A stretch of 35,365 bases of DNA from Snowella sp. GTDB lineage: Bacteria > Cyanobacteriota > Cyanobacteriia > Cyanobacteriales > Microcystaceae. The stretch is taken from assembly GCA_035285545.1 (NCBI GenBank), contig JAYKGY010000075.1, forward strand, positions 1 to 35,365, written 5' to 3'. Position numbers and translations under genes: made by a program. The notes beneath the pieces were generated by a model, which saw only the letters and a program-made list of their open reading frames with translations, was not told the DNA's origin and did no database searches. Of the stretch, positions 28,665 to 35,365 are shown piece by piece. Every line of letters starts with the position of its first letter. Positions within the stretch are counted from its first letter, which is position 1.

Positions 28665-29354
28665 TTATTGCTTCTTGAATGGAGAGGGTTGCTCAAAGGA
28701 AGAATGAGAAGTCGCGATCGCTGCTACGCCTAAGACAGAGAATCCTTGCGCGCGTAACATACGGGTTGTTTCTTTAACGGTTGTTCCCGTTGTATAAATA
28801 TCATCAATTAATAATATTGGCTGTTTCAATGATTTTTGAAGAAAGGGGGGATTCACTTGAAAGGCTTGATGCAGATTGGTCTGACGTTGTTGGGGAGATA
28901 AATTAAACAGGGCTTCTGTATTACGGACTCGAAGTAAGGCTTGACTTTCTAAGCGATCGCGAGTGAATTGACAAAAGGCTTTTGCAATTAATTCGGCTTG
29001 ATTAAATCCCCGTTCTTTTTGTTTTTGAGGATGCAACGGAATAGGAATAATGGTGAGTCGTCCCGCCGACTTTAACGGATTAACCCTTAACCAAAATTCC
29101 CCCAGTTGATACCCGAAATACTCGCCGAGTTCCGGTTTGTTGTCATATTTAAAAGCCGCGATCGCCCGTTTGAGTTGTCCGTCATATTTTCCCCACACAA
29201 ATAGGGGCTGTGGTTGTTGCCAAAATTGTAAAGGATTCGTAAACCGAGCCGTTTCTAATTTTCGTTCACAAAACGTACAAAGAATATTTTCCGCAGGTCG
29301 CTGACAGAGAGGGCAATTCGGTTTTAAAAATAACGATAAAAGGCCTTTTACCAT
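28665..29354 (-). CDS. comF: ComF family competence protein (zinc ribbon plus PRTase domain)
   Basis: CPLC..CTFC, IPIPLH..RGFNQA and LLIDDIYTTGTT motifs. Confidence 0.9.
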   Translation of the reverse strand: MVKGLLSLFLKPNCPLCQRPAENILCTFCERKLETARFTNPLQFWQQPQPLFVWGKYDGQLKRAIAAFKYDNKPELGEYFGYQLGEFWLRVNPLKSAGRLTIIPIPLHPQKQKERGFNQAELIAKAFCQFTRDRLESQALLRVRNTEALFNLSPQQRQTNLHQAFQVNPPFLQKSLKQPILLIDDIYTTGTTVKETTRMLRAQGFSVLGVAAIATSHSSFEQPSPFKKQ

Positions 29355-29414
29355 AAATGTTTGAAACGCTCCCTAACCCCCAATGTTGGGGGAAATTCTT
29401 TTTTTACAGGAATT

Positions 29415-30296
29415 TTATAGCCAACCGCCGATCATGCCTGCTAACAAAATAAAGCCGATCCAAACATTTTGTCCAAAAATTTGGCCATAGGTAAAAGCAG
29501 GAATCTCCGGTTGACTCAGGCGGATATAGTGAACACCCCAACCGATCACGGCGATCGCTAAACTCACCCAGTAGAAAATATTAAGCGGTAAAATTGTACC
29601 CAGATAAATTAATAAACCAATGGTAGCCGCAAAGAAAACCCCCACTGCTTCCCCCACGTATTTCCCAAAAAATAAGGCACTCGAATTAACCCCAATGCGC
29701 CGATCATCTTCTCGATCCGCGATCGCGTAAACCGTATCAAACGCCAATGTCCAACAAATTGTAGCTCCCCACAACACCCAGACCGCCGGTTCTAGAGAAT
29801 TGGTTACTGCCGTCCAGCTAATTAACACCGCAAAACCCCAAGCAAGGGATAACACTAATTGGGGAACGGGAAAAACTCGCTTGGCTAAGGGATAACCAAT
29901 AATGACGGGAACGGCTGCCACACAGAGCCAAAAGCTTAACGGGTTTAAGTAAAATGATAAAATTGCGGCACAGATAAGCGCGATCGCCGCCACTCCAATG
30001 CCTACTTTGACCGACAAGGCACGGGCCGCTAGGGGACGATTTTTCGTTCGTTCCACTTGCGGATCAATATCCCGATCCCAGAGGTCATTCACCACGCATC
30101 CTAATCCACTCGTCGCCAACGTGCCTAAAACAATAATGCCAATGAGGGGTAACGGAGGAGTACCATGAGCCGCCAACACCACTGCCCACAATGCAGGAAT
30201 CATTAAAATTAAACGCCCCGCCGGTTTATCCCAACGCAGGAGTCGAATAATCGTTAGCCAAGTCGGTTCAGTTGTTGATGGGGGTTGCGTTACCAT
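29415..30296 (-). CDS. plqA: 4-hydroxybenzoate solanesyltransferase (plastoquinone biosynthesis)
   Basis: LLRWDKPAGRLILMIPALW, NDLWDRDIDPQVERT..RPLA and DTVYAIADREDD motifs. Confidence 0.92.
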   Translation of the reverse strand: MVTQPPSTTEPTWLTIIRLLRWDKPAGRLILMIPALWAVVLAAHGTPPLPLIGIIVLGTLATSGLGCVVNDLWDRDIDPQVERTKNRPLAARALSVKVGIGVAAIALICAAILSFYLNPLSFWLCVAAVPVIIGYPLAKRVFPVPQLVLSLAWGFAVLISWTAVTNSLEPAVWVLWGATICWTLAFDTVYAIADREDDRRIGVNSSALFFGKYVGEAVGVFFAATIGLLIYLGTILPLNIFYWVSLAIAVIGWGVHYIRLSQPEIPAFTYGQIFGQNVWIGFILLAGMIGGWL

Positions 30297-30337
30297 AGCG
30301 TGCTGAAAATAGGATTAAAGTTCATGTTAATAATCAA

Positions 30338-31015
30338 TTATCCTGTAAACTGCCAGATTAAAACCGCATACAGATAGGCGATCGCCTCCGAAAGAACCGA
30401 TCGAAACCCTTCACTGGTTGCCCACCATCTAGCAGGGTCATAAAACGGTGATTGATAGGCCAGTATGCCAACCTGAAATTGGGGATGCAAAACCCTAGCG
30501 TAGATAAACCAACTCCGTCGGCTATGGGCATCGTAGGAATATAAATTAATCGTTTTAACGGGTAAGGAAGAGCCTAAAAGCCAATTTTTTACCGCTAAAG
30601 CAGAAGCAGCCGTTCGATCTTTTTTGAGTTTAGGAGTTGGAATTGTCACAATTTTCTCAGGAGGAACACCCAAATTGGTTAAAACTGCCGCCGCCAGTCC
30701 TGCATAACTTTCATATTTTGCTAAAACGGAACCTTCTCCCAAAGCTTCCCCTGTTGTCAAGATCAGATCATAGTTTCCCTGTTCAAATTCGGTTTTCGCC
30801 TCCTTCATGGCGTATTCATCTAACCATCCTTCAACAACTAAAATTTGGGCTGAAATGGGATGAGAAACCACTAAAAAGGGCTGAAGCTTGGTCAGAATTA
30901 AAATAAAAATAACGAGACAAGACAGTAACAGGAATAACCAACCTTTAATACTGAGTGTCCACTGCGCTTTATGTTCTAATAAGCCCCACAGTTTCGTTAT
31001 TTTAGAATAGGACAT
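30338..31015 (-). CDS. YdcF/ElyC/SanA (DUF218) family membrane-anchored protein
   Basis: N-terminal TM segment, LVVEGW, LTTG, HSRRS and a C-terminal WW...E..AYLY. Confidence 0.78.
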   Translation of the reverse strand: MSYSKITKLWGLLEHKAQWTLSIKGWLFLLLSCLVIFILILTKLQPFLVVSHPISAQILVVEGWLDEYAMKEAKTEFEQGNYDLILTTGEALGEGSVLAKYESYAGLAAAVLTNLGVPPEKIVTIPTPKLKKDRTAASALAVKNWLLGSSLPVKTINLYSYDAHSRRSWFIYARVLHPQFQVGILAYQSPFYDPARWWATSEGFRSVLSEAIAYLYAVLIWQFTG

Positions 31016-31163
31016 CGATTCATCATTGCATCTTTTCGTTATTTACCTTAGCCCTATTCCGCTCTTCTTGGATCAAACTTAATCTGCTGCTTAAAACACC
31101 GAAAAATTGACTACCCTAGAAAGAGAAACGCGATCGCTCAATGTTGAATGATTCTCTAAAACC

Positions 31164-32492
31164 ATGACTGAGGAACAGAATGTAGATAATCCAACGGTTC
31201 AACCCCCAACGAATGAACCCATCTCTACCGAAAGCCCCCGTTTATTAGATCCGTCATGGGCTGATCATTTAGCCAAGGTTTGGAATACCACCACGGCAAA
31301 TCTCAATCGGCTTTTACCCGTTGACCAATTGGCCCAGGGCATTATTAAAGGCTTCACCGTCAACGAAGAACAAATGGCCGAAATCCTAGAAGCCGTTCGC
31401 GCAGAACTCCCCACAACGGAGGCGTTATTAATTGGCAAACCCCAGGCAGGCAAAAGCTCCATTGTTCGCGGTTTAACGGGCGTATCAGAAGAAATTGTCG
31501 GTCAAGGTTTTCGACCCCATACCCAACATACACAGCGTTACGCCTATCCCTCGAATGATGTTCCCTTGTTAATTTTTACCGATACGGTCGGTTTAGGGGA
31601 TATTAATCAAAATATTGATTCCATTATTGAAGAATTAATTAGTGATCTTAAAAAATCCAGCCATCGCGGACGGGTCTTTATTCTCACGGTTAAAGTTAAT
31701 GATTTTGCCACCGATACCCTACGGCAAATTATTGAACGGCTCCGTCAGCAATACCCCGAAATTCCCTGTCTCTTAGCCGTTACCTGTTTGCATGAACTGT
31801 ATGGTTCCGAAATACTGGATCATCCAACCTATCCGCCCAATTTTCCTGATATCCAACGGGCTTTCAATGAACTTAAAACTAATTTCGGCAAGTTCAGCGA
31901 TCGCCAAGTATTAATTGATTTCACCTTAGAAGAAGATGGTTATACGCCTGTTTTTTATGGTTTAGAAGCTCTGCGGGATGCGTTGGCCGATTTATTACCC
32001 GAAGCTGAAGCCAAGTCGATTCATCAATTATTAGACGGCACCGCCAGCAAACAATTAGGAAACTTATACCGAGATGTGGGCAGACGCTATAGTTTAACTT
32101 TTTCTGTTATTGCGGCAACCCTAGCTGCTGTTCCTTTACCTTTTGCGACAATGCCTGTTTTAACCGCGTTACAGGTTTCTTTAGTCGGCTTATTAGGCAA
32201 GCTCTATGGACAAACTTTAACGCCTTCTCAAGCAGGGGGAGTCGTCAGCGCGATCGCGGGTGGATTTTTAGCCCAAGCAGTCGGACGGGAATTAATTAAG
32301 TTTGTCCCAGGGTTTGGCAGTGTGATTGCAGCATCCTGGGCTGGGGCTTATACCTGGGCATTAGGTGAAGGAGCCTGTGTTTATTTTGGTGATCTCATGG
32401 GCGGCAAGAAACCCGATCCCAAACGCATTCAATCGGTTATGAAAGAAGCTTTTAAAGTTGCTCAAGAACGATTTAAAGGAGATTCAAAGTAA
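31164..32492 (+). CDS. YcjF/DUF697-family protein with an N-terminal P-loop GTPase domain
   Basis: GKPQAGKSS, DTVG, and C-terminal AAVPLPFA..LTALQ..KFVPGFGSVIA. Confidence 0.82.
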   Translation: MTEEQNVDNPTVQPPTNEPISTESPRLLDPSWADHLAKVWNTTTANLNRLLPVDQLAQGIIKGFTVNEEQMAEILEAVRAELPTTEALLIGKPQAGKSSIVRGLTGVSEEIVGQGFRPHTQHTQRYAYPSNDVPLLIFTDTVGLGDINQNIDSIIEELISDLKKSSHRGRVFILTVKVNDFATDTLRQIIERLRQQYPEIPCLLAVTCLHELYGSEILDHPTYPPNFPDIQRAFNELKTNFGKFSDRQVLIDFTLEEDGYTPVFYGLEALRDALADLLPEAEAKSIHQLLDGTASKQLGNLYRDVGRRYSLTFSVIAATLAAVPLPFATMPVLTALQVSLVGLLGKLYGQTLTPSQAGGVVSAIAGGFLAQAVGRELIKFVPGFGSVIAASWAGAYTWALGEGACVYFGDLMGGKKPDPKRIQSVMKEAFKVAQERFKGDSK

Positions 32493-32689
32493 TGTTGATC
32501 AATTTAGATGCTAGATAATTGACAGAGTAAAATAGTTCAACATGTGCATTTAAGCTTCATAAAAATAATCGGCTCATTGAGTCAATTTTTTTGCTATAGC
32601 GAGGTTTATAAATAGACGCAACTTTGAAATTTCTTAATTTTATTTGTTATTTAAAACTAAAATTTTACCTAGCTTATAGGCATTTAACT

Positions 32690-33532
32690 CTAAATTTCTT
32701 CTGCAATAAGGCAAACATCGCTATTTATAAATAGTATTTCATTTTTTCTAGGTGATTCTGGCCAATTGGGGGGAATTGTATTCATATTAATTAATGCTTC
32801 TCCATCCTGATCTAGCCTATGGGAGCGAATCAAAATTTCAAATCGTGCAAATTTTTGGTGCGATTTTTGGGAGATATTAAAAGCTAAGAAAAAACAAAAT
32901 GGAGGATATTTCAAAAAATCACCTACTAAACAGTTCTCTTTAGTTGATGAAACATCCGCATTATCCGCAATATAAACTCCTCTAAGAAGTACTCGCCGAT
33001 TTAACCAATATGGCCAAAAGTATAAAGTTAGTTCTGATGGTAAATCTTGCGGTGTGTTTAAAAAGTAATCTCTCATTGCATCTTTCATCGGTACAGATTC
33101 CAATGGAGATTGCATATTTTCTCTTATTTCAGCTGCAAGTAAATGCCCTATTACAGAACGTGCAACTCGCTGGGGCTTTAAGGTGACAGGAAAAGAAGAT
33201 GGTAAATAAATATTTTTATTTAATTTGATAATTTGCGCTACATTTCTACTGAAATCATTTAAATAGGGGTCAAAGTTTTTTCCAAGTCTTGTATTGTTGC
33301 AATAATGACATATACTACGGAATTTAAGTCCGTTTTGTGAAATTCTTTGAATGGCTGAAGCTAATTTTTCTTTTTCATGAAACTGAGAAAGAGATTTTAA
33401 TCCAACTTTAGTTGGTTTAATACTTCCTTTGGGAGGAATATGATCCCAAGTTAATTTTTTCCATTCTCCACAAATATTACAATAACCATGTTCTGTTCCA
33501 CGTGTTTGTACTTTTTTAGTCAATATATTCAT
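32690..33532 (-). CDS. Putative Zn-binding HNH (His-Me finger) endonuclease with an unknown C-terminal domain
   Basis: CNIC...LTWDHIPPKG...ICHYCNN in the first ~85 aa; AT-rich sequence. Confidence 0.72.
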   Translation of the reverse strand: MNILTKKVQTRGTEHGYCNICGEWKKLTWDHIPPKGSIKPTKVGLKSLSQFHEKEKLASAIQRISQNGLKFRSICHYCNNTRLGKNFDPYLNDFSRNVAQIIKLNKNIYLPSSFPVTLKPQRVARSVIGHLLAAEIRENMQSPLESVPMKDAMRDYFLNTPQDLPSELTLYFWPYWLNRRVLLRGVYIADNADVSSTKENCLVGDFLKYPPFCFFLAFNISQKSHQKFARFEILIRSHRLDQDGEALINMNTIPPNWPESPRKNEILFINSDVCLIAEEI

Positions 33533-33576
33533 AAAAATTCATCTTAAATTTTTGAAAATAGTCAAGTAAACAATTT

Positions 33577-33858
33577 TTAAAGATCCTTACCTAACAACTC
33601 AGATGGATTTTTTTTATTCATTTCTGGCTTAAAAGTACGATATGCAAATGCTTCTGCACGATTTAAGTTAGAAGGTTCAATTTCAATCCAATCAATTGTC
33701 CAGTCTGTACCATATTTGTAGAGAATTTTAGGAAGAATATGATGATTTTGCCAGCGTTTCTTAAGATTTTTTGCCTGACCAACATAAATAATTCGACCAT
33801 GATGCCATACTCGATAAATTGCGCTTATAGGAGGAAGCTGAGATACATCAATCATCAT
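33577..33858 (-). CDS. Minimal stand-alone GIY-YIG nuclease (start at 33855 or 33858)
   Basis: AIY...YVGQAKNLKKRW..HH, plus a conserved Glu (RAEA) and Asn (KPEMN). The start overlaps the upstream stop codon. Confidence 0.85.
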   Translation of the reverse strand: MMIDVSQLPPISAIYRVWHHGRIIYVGQAKNLKKRWQNHHILPKILYKYGTDWTIDWIEIEPSNLNRAEAFAYRTFKPEMNKKNPSELLGKDL

Positions 33859-34189
33859 TTTCTGCCGCCTTATCCATTTCAACCCGTTCTGCGTGAAAGA
33901 CTAAAGTTTTTAGCTCAGATTTAACAGCTTTACTTTCTTTTTCGGCAAGGTATTCAATATCAGAAATACGAAGCCCTAACCAATCTCCATGAAACCGTAA
34001 ATTTTGAAGAACATATTCCCAAGTTTTACGCTGGCGAAAATCTCGATTACTGCATAAAGTAGGATATTTACGTTTAAGTTCTATTGTTGTCGGTACTCCA
34101 GAAATGGCATAACATTCCTCCTTAATAGCAATTAATTTCATGCCCTTAAGTCCAGAATTTTCTTTAGGCTTAGACTGACGCTTAGACAT
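33848..34189 (-). CDS. Hypothetical protein (113 aa), basic N-terminal part and acidic tail
   Basis: Overlaps both neighbours by 8-11 nt. Contains DFRQRKTWE. No family recognised. Confidence 0.7.
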   Translation of the reverse strand: MSKRQSKPKENSGLKGMKLIAIKEECYAISGVPTTIELKRKYPTLCSNRDFRQRKTWEYVLQNLRFHGDWLGLRISDIEYLAEKESKAVKSELKTLVFHAERVEMDKAAENDD

Positions 34190-34739
34190 TGAAAAGCTCC
34201 TGCTGAAGTTTGTCGAGCTTATCTTTAGAATTTGCTTCGTAGATTGTCTTAATTTGAAGATAAATTTCAGGATCTAGTTTTTTTGTAAGCTTTAATACCA
34301 TTTCTTTTTGTCGGCGATAACGCTCATTCCATGACTTAAACATCTGTTGAGAAGCTTTAAGCGTCTTGGTTGCCTCATGTATTGCTTTTAAATCTACATC
34401 AGTACCTAAACCTAGTCCTAGAGCTTGAGCAATTTTTCGTACAAATTTAGCAAAAATAGTGTTAGTTTTACCTTGTAGTAAATCGTCATTCTCACCTCTT
34501 AATGCGTCAATGATGACATCAGCCGCTCCTTGAATTAGGGCTTTGTTTTCAGCAGGAGTAACATTACCGTACTTTTGCCTATGATTTTCCAGCAAAACAT
34601 CATAATTCGTTGCCCTATGCCGTAAGAAGTTGAATACTTGACGAGGATTATAATCATCAGGTACTTGGGCTAATAACTCAGGTTTGATGAGTTTCACCGA
34701 ACTCCTCAGTTCTTGAACAATGGCGTTGGGCTGGTTCAT
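34182..34739 (-). CDS. Hypothetical helical protein with a DUF2293-like RHxxTxYDxLL motif
   Basis: NFLRHRATNYDVLL, with a charged helical C-terminus. First gene of the cassette. Confidence 0.7.
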   Translation of the reverse strand: MNQPNAIVQELRSSVKLIKPELLAQVPDDYNPRQVFNFLRHRATNYDVLLENHRQKYGNVTPAENKALIQGAADVIIDALRGENDDLLQGKTNTIFAKFVRKIAQALGLGLGTDVDLKAIHEATKTLKASQQMFKSWNERYRRQKEMVLKLTKKLDPEIYLQIKTIYEANSKDKLDKLQQELFNV

Positions 34740-34841
34740 AAACTTTTTATGGACAATTATTTTGTTTACAAAAGTATAAATATTTTAAAGTTAGAATACT
34801 TAACTGTTTTAAAAATACTGTTAATTTTATGATCGCTGATT

Positions 34842-34863
34842 TTATGTAATGCGTCTTACATAA
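34842..34863. promoter_or_regulatory. Perfect palindromic operator matching the NtcA consensus
   Basis: TTATGTAA-TGCGTC-TTACATAA contains TGTA-N8-TACA. Confidence 0.5.
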
Positions 34864-35035
34864 CAATAGACATATTACATCACAGTTTACTCACTTGGAA
34901 TCGTTAAAATTACTTAAATTACATATTGAATCTCTGGATTGCTTATTCTAAATAGGGATCAACTTAAACAGCGATCGCTTGGATGTTGACTACAGTAGCT
35001 AGAATGCTTAAATAAACTTTTTAGGGCGGATAAGA

Positions 35036-35165
35036 ATGAAAACGATTAACGACTACAAAATTATTCTGCGTCCTGATGACAATGGAACCTTTGTCGCCCC
35101 TATTCCAGCGATCGCGAGATGTCATGCCTGGAGAGAAAGGACTGAACAAGCACTTCAGATGTTGC
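35036..35165 (+). pseudogene. Truncated, degenerate HicB-like antitoxin
   Basis: YKIILRPDDNGTFVAPIPAIARCHAWRERTEQAL resembles a HicB N-terminus with the conserved Gly residues lost. The rest of the track ORF is the antisense of the next gene. Confidence 0.6.
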
Positions 35166-35345
35166 CTCATATTTTTGCCCAAAAACCTTTAAATCTAATC
35201 TTAAATTTAAAATTGCTCTTTGCAATCTTGCTATTTGGTCGTTAATAATACTCTGGGCAAAATTTTCTTCATCTTCTATAGAATCTAAAATAATTTTTAA
35301 CTTTTGTTCAGTTTTAGGTTGAACAGATAGGTGAAAATCTAACAT
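35100..35345 (-). pseudogene. Probably truncated small antitoxin-like protein
   Basis: RBS GAGG upstream. The helical segment ...LNLRLDLKVFGQKYEATSE resembles the 'FExKYxxxSxEF' antitoxin-type motif, then the frame runs into the antisense of the hicB remnant. Confidence 0.5.
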
Positions 35346-35365
35346 TTGTTTACCTCATCAGCTAA

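Noticed and set aside
32690..33858. GIY-YIG and HNH genes as intron or intein homing endonucleases
   Set aside because: No interrupted host gene or splicing elements are visible, and the GIY-YIG lacks a DNA-binding extension.
33859..33882. Track start of the GIY-YIG ORF at 33882
   Set aside because: It gives a 35-nt overlap. The ATGs at 33855 and 33858 give typical translational coupling.
32260..34970. HIP1 absence as proof of horizontal transfer
   Set aside because: Gaps of similar length occur in native genes (e.g. across urtA), so it is supporting evidence only.
32493..35005. Direct repeats or att sites bounding the nuclease cassette (gatcaatttaga versus gatcaacttaaa)
   Set aside because: Too short and mismatched for AT-rich DNA, and there is no recombinase.

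Overview
Chromosomal window from a cyanobacterium, probably a unicellular Chroococcales-like one. The assignment rests on roughly 45 HIP1 GCGATCGC octamers counted by eye, plus pipX, plqA, hpt and a glgA2-type glycogen synthase. The middle is mostly core metabolism: malQ, cutA, GST, cdsA, an RluA-family synthase, glgA, a natE/livF-like ATPase, a dicluster ferredoxin, tRNA-fMet, ureG, urtABC with an NtcA-type promoter, hpt, pipX-pipY, hypE, an L,D-transpeptidase, comF, plqA and a YcjF-type GTPase. It also holds a small AT-rich surface-glycan cluster and an ethylene-receptor-type histidine kinase. Both ends are accessory or defence-like. The left end has yefM-like/yoeB, hicBA, a broken antitoxin and a type III restriction (Res) gene collapsed by internal deletions. 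The right end has the most novel element: an AT-rich, tightly packed four-gene minus-strand cassette (RHxxTxYD-motif protein, 113-aa unknown protein, minimal GIY-YIG nuclease, Zn-binding HNH nuclease). It is preceded by a perfect palindrome matching the NtcA box and sits beside two antitoxin remnants. It is a candidate undescribed dual-nuclease defence or selfish system. All calls come from motif recognition by eye; no searches were run.
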